From NCBI GenBank assembly GCA_963764715.1, contig CAVXTP010000022.1, positions 640,001 to 704,000 of the forward strand: a stretch of 64,000 bases of DNA, read 5' to 3'. The notes below the pieces were generated by a model. That model did not search any database. It saw only the letters and a program-made list of their open reading frames with translations, and was not told where the DNA came from. A program made the position numbers and the translations under genes. This stretch comes from an uncultured Acidobacteriota bacterium (GTDB lineage: Bacteria > Acidobacteriota > Thermoanaerobaculia > UBA5066 > Gp7-AA6). Shown here one piece after another: positions 50,401 to 60,435 of this stretch; within the stretch, counting starts at the first letter, position 1, and each line of letters starts with the position of its first letter.

Positions 50401-53400
50401 ATTGAGCTGCATGGCCGCTTCCACGAGCTGACAGCCCCGCTCGAGCTCGCCGGCGTGGCTGATGAGCACGCCGAGGATGCCCATGACCGATCCATCCATG
50501 GGATTGAGCGCGAGGGCCTTTTCCGCCGTTGCCCGGAAGGACGCCGTCTCCTTGCGGAGGAAGTAGACGAAGGCCAGCGCGTAGTGGCCGAGAGCGTTCG
50601 TTGCGGCCAGGTGCACGGCGCGCTGCGCCGCGGCCAGGGCGCGGTCGAGAGGACCGGGCTCGGGGTTGAATCCGTCTGCGAACTCGACGGAATACATGAG
50701 GGACAGCATCGCCCAGCAGTCGGCGTAGTCCGGAGCCTCGCGAGCGGCGCGCTCCAGAGTCCGTCTGACGACGGCGTGCTCTTCGGGAGTCACACGCTCG
50801 AAATAGCCGAAGGCGCGGAGCACCGCCTCCTGCGGGGTCAAGGCGTCTTCACCCTTGCTCCGCAGCGCTTCGCTCAGCCTGCGCGTCAGGATGCCGTTTT
50901 GATCGGCCACCGTCGAGACGATGCGGGGCACCAGATCATCCTGCAGCGCAAACATGCTCTCCGGGGTGAAGGGACGTTCATAGTTCTCGGCCCAGAGGTG
51001 AGCACCCGAGGCGGCGTCGACGAGTTGCACCGCGAGGCGCAGCCTGGTTCCTGCCTGGCGGAGGCTTCCCTCCATCACATAGCGCGCGCCGAGCTCCCTG
51101 CCGGCCGAGCGCACGTCCATGGCTTCCGTCGCGTATCGTAACGTCGAGCTGCGCGCGATCACCCTCAAGTAGGAGAAGCGGGAAAGGCCGGTCACGATCT
51201 CCTCGGATAGCCCGTCGGCCAGGGCCGCGAGGTCGGCGTTGGTCCCGCCGTACTTGAACGGCAGCACGGCGACCCAGAACCCCTCTTCGGCGCGCACCCC
51301 ACCGGACCCAACCGGTGCGGAAGAGGGTACCGGCTCGGCGGTGGCCGGGTCCGCCGTTCCCCTTCCCGGGACGATCTCCAGTCCCGCCTTGCCGAGCCCT
51401 TCGACGAGGTGCTCGACCAGTTCCGGCTCGAACCACTTTCCGAGCTCTTCGCGCGCCGCCCTTGCGAATTCGGGTCGGATGGCCAGCAGTTCCGCGAGCG
51501 CTTTCCTCGCCGCCGTCTGCTCTCCGAGCTGGCCGAATGCCGCTGCGCACACGAACGGCGTCCAGAAGTAGCCGGGCATCTGGATGCGCAGGGCTCGATC
51601 AACGGCGGCGCGGTAGTCGTGGGTCCGGTAGGCATTGAAGATCCCCGCCAGCCAGTACCAGCCGGGATAGTGAGGGTTCAACTGCATCGCTGAATCTGCC
51701 ACCGCGCAGCCGCGCTCCCAGTCGCCCGCACACGCCAGCAGGAGCCCGATGAACGCCTGGGTGGCGCCGTCCATCGGGATTGAGCGCGATCGTCCGTTCC
51801 GCCACCGGCCGGAAGGCCTGCCTCTCGCGTCGGAAGAACAGGCTCTGTGCGAGGGCCTGGGAGGCGAGCGCGCTGGCCGGAGCGATCTCGACCGCGCGCT
51901 GCGCGGCCGCCAGGGCACGCCCGAGCGGATCGGGTCGGACGTTGAACCCGAACATGTATTCGTCGCTGTAGAGGGTCGCCAGCATGGCCCAGCAGTCGCT
52001 CTGCTTCGGAGCGGCACGGACCACGCGTTCCAGCAGGTCGCGCACGTCCGCGTGCTCCTGGGGGCTCATGCGCTCGTGGAGACCGAAGACGCGGAACACC
52101 GCTTCATAGGGGCTCAGGTCCGCGTCGCTCCTGCTCCGGATCGATTCGCTCATGCTGTGCGGCAGAATGCCGTGCTGGTCCGCGACCGTGGAGACGATCC
52201 GGGGGACGACCTCGTCCTGCAGCTCGAACACGGTCTCCGGGTGGAAGGGACGATCGAAGGTCTCGGCCCAGAGATGGGCGCCGGAGCTCGCGTCGACGAG
52301 CTGCACGGCGATGCGCAGCCTCGACCCCGCCTGCCGAAGGCTGCCCTCCATCACGTACCGCGCGCCCAGCTCCCGGCCGGCGGACCGCACGTCCGCGGCC
52401 GAGCCGCGCGAGATCACCCGGAGGTAGGAGAACCGCGAAAGGCCGGTCACGATCTCCTCGGTCAATCCTTCGGCCAGGGCCGTCAGCGACGCGTCCGCGC
52501 CGCCGTACTTGAACGGAAGCACCGCCACCCAGAAGCCCTGGTCGGCGCGGGCCTGTCCGGAGGGCGTTTTCGACGCCGCGTTGACCGTTACGACAGGCCT
52601 CGGCGTGTCGGACGCGGCTTCGGGAATCGAGAGCCCCGCCTTGCGCAACCCGTCGAGTATCGGCTCCATGAGGCCGCTCGCGAAGTGCCAGCTCCCGACG
52701 TTCGAGCGCGCGTGCGCCGAAAACTCGGCGTCGAGCGCCAGCAGGTCCCGGACGGCGGCTTCGGCTTCGGCGCGCCGGCCGAGGTGGCCGCAGGCCGACG
52801 CCACCACGAGATAGGGCCAGAAGAGCCCGGGAATGTCCACACGGTTCGCGCGCTCGAGGGCTTCCTCGTACTCGCCCTTGTGGAAGTGCTCCCAGAGCGG
52901 GGCGAAGTGCATCCAGCCCGCATGGTTGGCATTGAGCTCCATCGCGCGCCGCACGATCCCGGCGCCCCGCTCGAACTCGCCGGTGTGCACGATCTGCAGC
53001 CCGAGGATGCCGACCGCGTCGGTGTTGAGCGGATTGAGGGCCATCGCGCGCTCGGCCGCGGGGCCGAACGCCGCCAGGTCCTGGCGGAAGAAGTGCGTCT
53101 GCGCGAGCGCAACGAGCGCGAACTGGTTCCCGCGATCGAGCTCGACCGCGCGGCGGGCCGCGGCGAGCGCCCGGTCGAGAGAGGTCGGGTCGCTCTGGAA
53201 GCCGAACGCGTACTCGTCGACGTAGATCTGCGCCAGACACGCCCAGAGGTCCGACTGCCGGTCGTCCCGCTTCACCGCGCGCTCCAGCCGGCTCTTGAGC
53301 GCCGCGTGGGCCGACGGCGTGATCTGCTCGCGGTAGGCGAAATACTGAAACTGCCACTCCACGGGCGTCAGATCCTCGTCGTCCCTCTCCCGGATCGCGG

Positions 53401-54756
53401 ACCTCATCGAATTCACGAGGACCCCGTAGCTGTCGGCGACCGTCGCGACGAGGCGGCCGGCGACGTCGTCCTGGACCGCGAACATGCTCGACGTCTGGAG
53501 GTCCCGGCCGTACGTCTCGGACCACAGCTGCGCTCCCGTCTGGGTGTCGACGAGCTGGGCGCTCACGCGGATGGCGGACCCTGCCTTGCGGAGGCTTCCT
53601 TCCACCACGTAGCGCGCGCCGAGCCTGGCGCCCATAGCCCGCTCGTCTCCGGCCTCTCCCTTCAGGCGGGCCGCCGAGGCGCTGGAGACGACCGACAGAT
53701 AGCGAAACCGCGACAGACCGGTCGCGATCTCCTCGGACAGCCCGTCGGCCAGCGCGGCCAGATCGGCTTCGGCGCCGCCGTGCTTGAACGGCAGCACGGC
53801 GACCCGGAAGCCCCGGTCGGTGGCGCGCCGGCGCCCGAGTCGGCCGCGGACCGGGGACGCGAGACCGAGGCGATAGCGGTCGCGGGCCGGCTAGGCGGAG
53901 CATCGCTGGTGACGCCGCGCAACCCGTAGCGAACCTCCCCCGCGGACGGGAACCGGTCCGCCGGGCTCTTTTCGAGACAACGTTGGATCACCCGCGCGAG
54001 CGCCTCCGGGCAATCCGCCCGGAGCTCGCCGAGTGGCTGCGGCGTGTCCCGCAGGATCGACGAGACAAGCTCGGCCGAGGAGTGACCGTGGAACGGCCGC
54101 TGCCCCGTGGCCATCTCGTACAGGATGATGCCGAGCGAGAAGATGTCCGTCCGGTGATCCACGGCCCGGCCCTGGACCTGCTCCGGCGACATGTACGGCA
54201 CGGTCCCCATCACGACGCCTTCCTGCGTCTTCATCTCGGTCGGCAGTTCGGTGCTGTTGGGCGCAGCGCCCCCGGCGGGCTCGACTTTCGCCAAGCCGAA
54301 GTCGAGCACCTTGACCCGCCCGCCGCTGCCCACCATGACGTTGGCGGGCTTCAGGTCCCGGTGGATGATGCCCCTCTCGTGGGCCGTCGCCAGGGCGTCG
54401 GCGAGCGCCGTGGCGATCTCGACGAGCCTCCCGACCGGCAGAGGGCCCTCCGCAATGAGAAGGTCGAGCGACCGCCCCTCGACGAGCTCCATGGTCAGGA
54501 AGTGGACGCCTCCGGATTCCTCGACCGAGTGGATCGTGACGATGTGCGGATGATTGAGCGCCGCGACGACCCGTGCCTCGCGCTGGAACCGTTCGAGCCG
54601 CTCCGGGCTCGAGGCCATCTCCGCCGGAAGCACCTTCAGGGCCACGTCGCGGCCGAGCTTCGTGTCCCTCGCGCGATAGACCTCCCCCATCCCGCCGGCG
54701 CCGATCGGCGCGACGATTTCGTGGAAGCCGAGGCGGGTGCCGGGCGCGAGCGTCAT
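47425..54756 (-). pseudogene. Ser/Thr protein kinase with five tandem TolB-N-like/TPR modules, interrupted by two frameshifts (pseudogene or sequencing indels)
   Basis: Kinase GAGGMG, HRDLKPAN, DFG, GTVPYMSPE; modules begin (F)xVAVLPF; coding continues across ORFs 53662-54756, 51599-53797 and 47425-52017 with shifts near 53825 and 51777. Confidence 0.8.
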
Positions 54757-54838
54757 CGGGTTGCGGGAAGCCTACATCGCGGGTCGAGACGTGGCGCCGG
54801 TGCGGACGCTCGAGGTTTCGCCGAGACGAATTCAGCGG

Positions 54839-56524
54839 CTACTCTCGCCACCACGGCCGATCTACGTCGCGGGGCGCCGTGGCGGCGACGTAACCGGCCA
54901 TCATCTTCAGCCGCTCTTCGAGGGAGAAGGGCCCCGCCCAGCAGTGCGGCTCGCGGGGTCCGTAGGTGATCGATCCGCCCCACCGGGGCGAGGTCGTCGT
55001 TTTCAGGTAGTCCTCGAGAAGGTGAACCGCGTCGTTCAGGTAGTAGGTGTCCATGTCCCCGGTCCAGATGTGGATCTTGCCTGCGAGCTTCGGCCCGATC
55101 TCCTTCCAGTTTCGCTGGAGGTAGGCGTTCAGGTCGGTGTGCTCCTTCCAGTACGCGGCGACCCCGTGGTCGATCGCTCCCGTCGCCGGATCGAAGAGCG
55201 GCTGGAAATAACCGTTCGCGCCCACGGGGCCGTAGACCGCCTGCCAGCAGTCCCAGTCTTCGCTGGAACGCCCGCCCGAGCCCATCGCCTCTTCGTACTT
55301 GAGCTGTTCACGCATGGTCGAGAGGACGAGGCCGTCCGGCTGGCGCTGTCCCGAGATCGGGGTCTTGCGCCAGTCGTCCTTGCGGTACCAGGCGTTGTCC
55401 CAGTCGTAGATGTTGACCAGCTCGAAATAGTGGAAGTCGACGGGATCCGGACAATACGAGAACGTGCCGCCGAAATAGTCCGGGTAGAAGATCTGGAGCG
55501 CGAGCGACTCCCATCCTCCCGTCGAGCCGCCGGAAAGTATCCGCGCCCAGGGCTGGGGAATCGCGCGGAAGTTTTTCTCGATGTAGGGAATGAGCTCCTG
55601 CGTGATGGCCTGGCCGTACGGGCCCATGTTGGGAGAGTCGATCGCGTAGGAATCGTCGTAGTACGGCGTCGGATGCTGGAACGTCACGAACAGCATCCGC
55701 GGGAACGCGCCCGACTGCCAGGCTTTCGAGAACTCCTCCTGCCGGCGTGCACGCGCCTTTTGCCGCTCGGTGGCGTCCGGTTTGGGCTCGGCGCGCTCCA
55801 GGAACCCGCCCGGCGGCTCCGTGGAAAAGTGCCCCTGCTCGTAGTTGACGGGGTACTGCACCCCGGAGTCGCGGTCGTAGTCCTTCGGCAGGAGGATCGT
55901 CGCGCCGATGAGGATAGGGCGCCCCCAGAACTTCGAAAGCAGCGGGCTCTCGAAGCGTACGTGCTTGACCCACGCGGTATCGGCCGGCACCTCGATCGGC
56001 GGGATTTTCCGATCGAGGACGATCCGGATCGGCTCGCTCGAAGCCGGATCGACGTGGATCTTCCTCGGCTCGCTGTAGAGGTTGCCCGGCGAGACCGGAA
56101 AATTCTGGCCCTCCCACTGGTCCATGTGCATCTTCAGGACGTGGCCATCGGAGCGGTGGAAGGTCGTGTAGACGTTCAGCATTCCCTGGACGGTGTAGTC
56201 GCCCGCCGGCAGGTCGGCGAGGCGCTCGACGGGATAGCCGGTGGACCGGCCGCCGATGACGGCCCGCTGGCCGGGCTTCAGCCCGTCGACGTCCTCGCCG
56301 AAGAACGGAGTGGACTTGTACTGCCCGCCGGACTTGCCGAACTGGAGACGCGGCTCGGGCTCGGACTTGCGGGTCAGGATGACGAAGACGCGCCCGTCGG
56401 CGGGCTCGGTCCGGACGGTCGGCGGGAAGAGAAGCTCGAAGCGCAGCGTCGCCGAGTGCTCCTCGGCCGCGAGGGGCGTGCCGAGGGCGAGCGCGAGAGA
56501 AAGGACCCTGATCTTGCTGAACAT
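54839..56524 (-). CDS. Exported alpha/beta-hydrolase (putative esterase family)
   Basis: Signal peptide; S.LLS.FWGRP, LLP.DY, DS.N.GPYG, ELIPYIE..FR, GGSTGGW (GxSxG). Confidence 0.85.
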   Translation of the reverse strand: MFSKIRVLSLALALGTPLAAEEHSATLRFELLFPPTVRTEPADGRVFVILTRKSEPEPRLQFGKSGGQYKSTPFFGEDVDGLKPGQRAVIGGRSTGYPVERLADLPAGDYTVQGMLNVYTTFHRSDGHVLKMHMDQWEGQNFPVSPGNLYSEPRKIHVDPASSEPIRIVLDRKIPPIEVPADTAWVKHVRFESPLLSKFWGRPILIGATILLPKDYDRDSGVQYPVNYEQGHFSTEPPGGFLERAEPKPDATERQKARARRQEEFSKAWQSGAFPRMLFVTFQHPTPYYDDSYAIDSPNMGPYGQAITQELIPYIEKNFRAIPQPWARILSGGSTGGWESLALQIFYPDYFGGTFSYCPDPVDFHYFELVNIYDWDNAWYRKDDWRKTPISGQRQPDGLVLSTMREQLKYEEAMGSGGRSSEDWDCWQAVYGPVGANGYFQPLFDPATGAIDHGVAAYWKEHTDLNAYLQRNWKEIGPKLAGKIHIWTGDMDTYYLNDAVHLLEDYLKTTTSPRWGGSITYGPREPHCWAGPFSLEERLKMMAGYVAATAPRDVDRPWWRE

Positions 56525-56642
56525 AGGGTGCGTATCTTCCCATTTCTGGCTCGCCTCCTCCGGCAAGACGAGGCCATGGCGTGGAAGCCGCGAACACTCG
56601 AGCCCTGGGGTGCGGTGAGATCTCCGACGATGCAGGATTCGT

Positions 56643-56717
56643 TGGAGCGGGCAACCGGGATCGAACCGGCGACATCCAGCTTGGGAAGCTGGCGTTCTAC
56701 CGCTGAACTATGCCCGC
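56643..56717 (-). tRNA. tRNA-Gly(CCC)
   Basis: GCGGGCATAGTTCAGCGGTAGAACGCCAGCTTCCCAAGCTGGATGTCGCCGGTTCGATCCCGGTTGCCCGCTCCA; cloverleaf, encoded CCA. Confidence 0.97.
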
Positions 56718-56727
56718 ATCGGGCCGG

Positions 56728-56756
56728 ATCTTAGCCAAACCAGGGGCCTTCGACAA
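56728..56756 (-). promoter_or_regulatory. sigma70-type promoter of tRNA-Gly
   Basis: TTGTCG, 17-nt spacer, TAAGAT, 10 nt before the tRNA 5' end. Confidence 0.7.
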
Positions 56757-56770
56757 CCTTCGAACCGCGG

Positions 56771-56911
56771 TCAGCGACCCGCCGCCGCAGGCGGCTGCGC
56801 TTTCGCAATTCCTCGATCTCCTGCTGGATCGCCGCGACGAGCGCCTCCGTGACGATTCTCCCCTTCACTTTCGTTGCCGGCGTCGCATCGCCGACGACCT
56901 CCGAGGGCGAG
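56771..56911 (-). pseudogene. Degenerate duplicate of creatininase 3' end
   Basis: SPSEVVGDATPATKVKGRIVTEALVAAIQQEIEELR/AQPPAAAGR* versus SPSGVFGDATLATKEKGRVVTEALVAAILQEIEELRGAKPPPAPGR* at 58819-58960; 1-nt deletion. Confidence 0.85.
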
Positions 56912-57067
56912 CTTCGGACGCGCATCCATTGGGTCGGAATGATCTGCCTGAATCATGGTCAACGAGGCCGCCCGGACGTATCAAGACGCTCTGGTTTCAC
57001 AGAAGAGGGTGCAAGGGGCAGAGGGGTCGGTCTCTTTGCACGAACCCCAAGGGAAGGCCCGGGAGGT

Positions 57068-58720
57068 ATGACCATGAACGCGAATCGTCCACGAATGGTT
57101 GCGCTGGCCCTGGGAGTCCTGACGCTGGTCTCGAGCGCCGCCGCCGGCGCCGAGTTCCAGTGGCAGGTGGTGGTCAACAACGGTGACACGGTCCCCGGCG
57201 ACACCCGGAAATTCAACAGCTACAACCAGCCCTCGCTGAACATCCAGAGGCTGGTCGTCTTCCGCGCGCGGAGCAAGGGCGGGGTGACGGGAGAGCCCGC
57301 GCACGGTGTCTTCATCCGCGACATGGCGCTGGGAACGCCTCTGACCACGATCTTCGACCGCGAGACCCTCGTGCCGTACCCGAACAGCGAGGACTCGACG
57401 TTCATCGAGCCGCCGTCGTTTCCGCGCATCGACCAGTCGTCGGACACGCTGGCCTCCCGCGGGAACCACCCACCGGTGTGGGAGTACGACATCGCGCCCG
57501 ACGCCACGACGAAGGCCGGAACCACCGGCATCTACACGAACCCCTTCGGGGACCTCATCACCGGCGCGAGCAACCTCGGCGTGGCTCCCGACTTCCCGTT
57601 CTTTGCGGTTCCGGGAACCGCCTCGATCAAATTCGACGTCTTTCCCGGCGCTCCCGCGGTGACCGACCGCGCGACAATTGTGTTCAAGGGCAACTACACT
57701 CTCCTCGACCCGAACGATCCTCCTTTCGGGACGATCACCAAGACCGGGGTCTTCTACCGTGAGCTGACGGACGCACCCGCCGGCGGCGACCTGCCGGCGG
57801 TCCTCCTCGCCGACACGGACACGCTCATTCCCGGCACCACCACTCCGTTCGGCTCCACCGCTCCGCCGAGCGCGGCCGGCCGACAGGCGGTGTTCGCCGG
57901 CTTCGACATCGAGGAAGCACCGACGAAAGGCGGGATCTACCTGGCGCCGCTGACCGGGCCGAGCCCGACGCTCAGATCGCTGGTCAAGATCGGCGGCGCG
58001 GTGCCCGGCGAGAGCAAGGGCGTCGTCTTCAACAGACTCGGCGAGGGAGTTTCCTTCGACGGGCGTTTCGTCGCCTTCTGGGGCGCCTGGGGGTCCGAGA
58101 CGAAGAGGCTCCTCCTGCAGTGCGGCGAGGAGGGCAACGCAGACCGGAGGGCATTTTGCCTGCAGGAATATCCGGACGGCTTCGAAACACGGGTTCCCGT
58201 CCACCAGGGGGTCTTCGTCTACGACACTTCGACCCGGCAGACGCGGGTCGTCGCCAAGACGCCCGCCGACTTCGACGACTTCGTTTACTGGAATTTCTCG
58301 GGTCGGGTCCCCGGCGCGGGCGACGACACCGGTGAACTGGCGCGGTGGCGCTCCGCCAGCTTCGTGGCGGTATCCGGGCGGGTGGATGGGCAGATCGCCG
58401 ATGCCACCTTCCATGCCGCCTTCAAGGCCAGAACGGGTGACGTGGTCGACGGGGAGTACGTGGACCCGATCGACGGGATCTACCTCCGCAAGGGCCCGGG
58501 CGGCTCGCCGATCGCGAGCGTGGTCGAGACGGGGATGGACGGAACTCTGATCGACCCCGAGGCCGTCGACCCCCTCACGGGAGGACTGCTCCCGGTCACC
58601 GCGATGGGGATCGAGCGCGACGGCTTCCGCGGCAGGTCGCTCGCCATCAACGTGAGCATGGGGACGGAGGAGGCCGGCTGGGCGGGGATCTACCTGACCT
58701 TGGTTCCGACGGACTTCTGA
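57068..58720 (+). CDS. Secreted hypothetical protein, probably beta-propeller-like
   Basis: GGAGG RBS, signal peptide, repeated F.G/GVF/GIY beta-strand motifs. Confidence 0.8.
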   Translation: MTMNANRPRMVALALGVLTLVSSAAAGAEFQWQVVVNNGDTVPGDTRKFNSYNQPSLNIQRLVVFRARSKGGVTGEPAHGVFIRDMALGTPLTTIFDRETLVPYPNSEDSTFIEPPSFPRIDQSSDTLASRGNHPPVWEYDIAPDATTKAGTTGIYTNPFGDLITGASNLGVAPDFPFFAVPGTASIKFDVFPGAPAVTDRATIVFKGNYTLLDPNDPPFGTITKTGVFYRELTDAPAGGDLPAVLLADTDTLIPGTTTPFGSTAPPSAAGRQAVFAGFDIEEAPTKGGIYLAPLTGPSPTLRSLVKIGGAVPGESKGVVFNRLGEGVSFDGRFVAFWGAWGSETKRLLLQCGEEGNADRRAFCLQEYPDGFETRVPVHQGVFVYDTSTRQTRVVAKTPADFDDFVYWNFSGRVPGAGDDTGELARWRSASFVAVSGRVDGQIADATFHAAFKARTGDVVDGEYVDPIDGIYLRKGPGGSPIASVVETGMDGTLIDPEAVDPLTGGLLPVTAMGIERDGFRGRSLAINVSMGTEEAGWAGIYLTLVPTDF

Positions 58721-58818
58721 CCGAACGGATCGGCGCGGCCGCGAGCGGGGTTCGGCTCCGTGGGGAGCCGCCCGTTCGCGGGGTTCTTTGCCAAACCGGC
58801 CTTCTACGACAACCGCGG

Positions 58819-59601
58819 TCAGCGGCCCGGCGCGGGAGGCGGCTTCGCCCCGCGGAGCTCCTCGATTTCCTGGAGGATCGCCGCGACGAGCGCCTCGGTG
58901 ACGACCCTCCCCTTTTCCTTGGTCGCGAGCGTCGCGTCCCCGAATACACCGGAGGGCGAGTAGACCTTCCCCTCGGCCTTGGGGTCGCGCGTCAGACCGC
59001 CCTTGCCGGGGTGGTAGTCCTTGACGGCCTTGCCCATGTCGACGTCGGCGGGGCTCATGTAGAGGATCATCGAGGTCTCGATCTCGTCGGCGTGTGTGCC
59101 GCCCTCCTGGCGCCCGACGGACTTCTCGACCGGCTCCAGGACCTTGAGCAGGTCGGTGTAGCGCAGGAGGATGCCTTCGCCAGCGAGGATCTCGACCGCG
59201 GGCGCGAGCGCGCGGTTGGTCGACACGCCCGTGTTCAACACGTAGAAGCGCCTGGGGCCGAACCGGGCCAAGCCCCGGCAGATCTCGACGATCATGTCCC
59301 GCGAGGTCTCGAGCGTCAGGCTGGTCGAGCCCGGGTATTCGACGAACGCCGGATAGAAGCCGTAGTTGACGGTCGGCGCCACGACGACGGCGGACTTCTC
59401 GAGGACCCGCTTCTTCAGGTACTCGGACAGGATGAAGTCGTTCTTGAGCTTGAGGTGCGGCCCGTGCTCCTTCGACTCGGCGCCGAGCGGGATCACGACC
59501 ACCGTCTCCGGCGTCAGGGCCTTCTCGGCCTCGACCCACGTGAGGTCCTCGAGCACGACGCCCCGCGCGGCCAGAAGAACGGCGCCGAGAGCGGCGATCA
59601 C
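58819..59601 (-). CDS. Creatininase family protein
   Basis: LEDLTW.E, IPLGAESKEHGPHL..ND, YPGS.SL, GTHADEIETS, SPSGVFGDATLAT.EKG. Confidence 0.9.
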   Translation of the reverse strand: MIAALGAVLLAARGVVLEDLTWVEAEKALTPETVVVIPLGAESKEHGPHLKLKNDFILSEYLKKRVLEKSAVVVAPTVNYGFYPAFVEYPGSTSLTLETSRDMIVEICRGLARFGPRRFYVLNTGVSTNRALAPAVEILAGEGILLRYTDLLKVLEPVEKSVGRQEGGTHADEIETSMILYMSPADVDMGKAVKDYHPGKGGLTRDPKAEGKVYSPSGVFGDATLATKEKGRVVTEALVAAILQEIEELRGAKPPPAPGR

Positions 59602-59855
59602 CGCCCGTCCTCCGCCGCCGCGCGCAGAAGCCGCAGGCGCGCCGCGATCTTCGGAATGCGCCCCTTCGCGAAGAGCCGTCCGTTGACAAAGAGAACCGGG
59701 ATCGCGTCCGACCAGCGGCGGGCGATCTCGTCGTCCGAGTCGACGTCGACGACCTCCCAGCGGTGCTCTTCCCCGGAGAGGAGGCGGTCCACCTCCCCCC
59801 GCATCTCCTCGCACAGATGACACCCCGGCCGGGAGAGCAGGCGCAGATCGATCAA
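59598..59855 (-). CDS. Glutaredoxin-like protein (DUF836 type)
   Basis: SRPGCHLCEE, VDVDSD, IPVLFVNG. Confidence 0.88.
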   Translation of the reverse strand: MIDLRLLSRPGCHLCEEMRGEVDRLLSGEEHRWEVVDVDSDDEIARRWSDAIPVLFVNGRLFAKGRIPKIAARLRLLRAAAEDGR

Positions 59856-59859
59856 CGCG

Positions 59860-60435
59860 TCACGCGACCGGCCGCTCGGGATTGCTCGCGACGCGGTAGA
59901 CGTAGTCGAAGCCGGAATAGACCGTCATCGTGGCCGCGGCGCCGAAGGCCACGAGGACCACCGGCCGGGGCCAGTCCCAGATGTTGGCGCAGAGAACGAA
60001 GAGAACGGTGGCGATCAGGGTCACCGTGGTGACCTTGCCCGCCCAGCTCGGAGGGAAGCTCTTACGTCCGTGCGTCAGGATGAGCAGCAGCCCCACGAGC
60101 AGCAGCAGGAAGTCGCGGGACAGGACGAGCACCGCCAGCCAGACGGGCACCTTGACCGCCGCCGGGTAGGACGGGATCGCGAGAAAGAGATAGGAGGTCA
60201 TCAGCAGCAGCTTGTCGGCGATCGGGTCGAGGTAGGCGCCGAGCGCCGACTTCATGTCGAACCGCCGGGCGAGATACCCGTCGACGCCATCGGACAGGCC
60301 CGCCGCAACGAAGATGATCAGGGCGATGTCGAAGCGGCCGTCGGCGATCGAGACCAGAAAGAACGGGAGCGCCGCGAGGCGGATCAGCGTGATGAAGTTT
60401 GGCAGGGTCCAGGGACCCTTCAACGGCGCCTCCAC
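59860..60435 (-). CDS. CDP-alcohol phosphatidyltransferase (PgsA-like)
   Basis: TLPNFITLIR, SDGVDGYLAR...S.LGAYLDPIADK. Confidence 0.92.
   Translation of the reverse strand: MEAPLKGPWTLPNFITLIRLAALPFFLVSIADGRFDIALIIFVAAGLSDGVDGYLARRFDMKSALGAYLDPIADKLLLMTSYLFLAIPSYPAAVKVPVWLAVLVLSRDFLLLLVGLLLILTHGRKSFPPSWAGKVTTVTLIATVLFVLCANIWDWPRPVVLVAFGAAATMTVYSGFDYVYRVASNPERPVA

Noticed and set aside
53810-53840. Programmed ribosomal frameshift in the kinase gene
   Set aside because: No X XXY YYZ slippery site or homopolymer run; an indel is more parsimonious.
45661-56717. Possible integrative island at the tRNA-Gly 3' end (esterase, kinase, radical SAM)
   Set aside because: No integrase and no duplicated tRNA 3' end (att) found by eye within the window.
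58736-58790. Hairpin between convergent genes as a further REP or ncRNA
   Set aside because: Lacks the GTAG-REP consensus; most simply a terminator-like stem, too weak to call as a feature.
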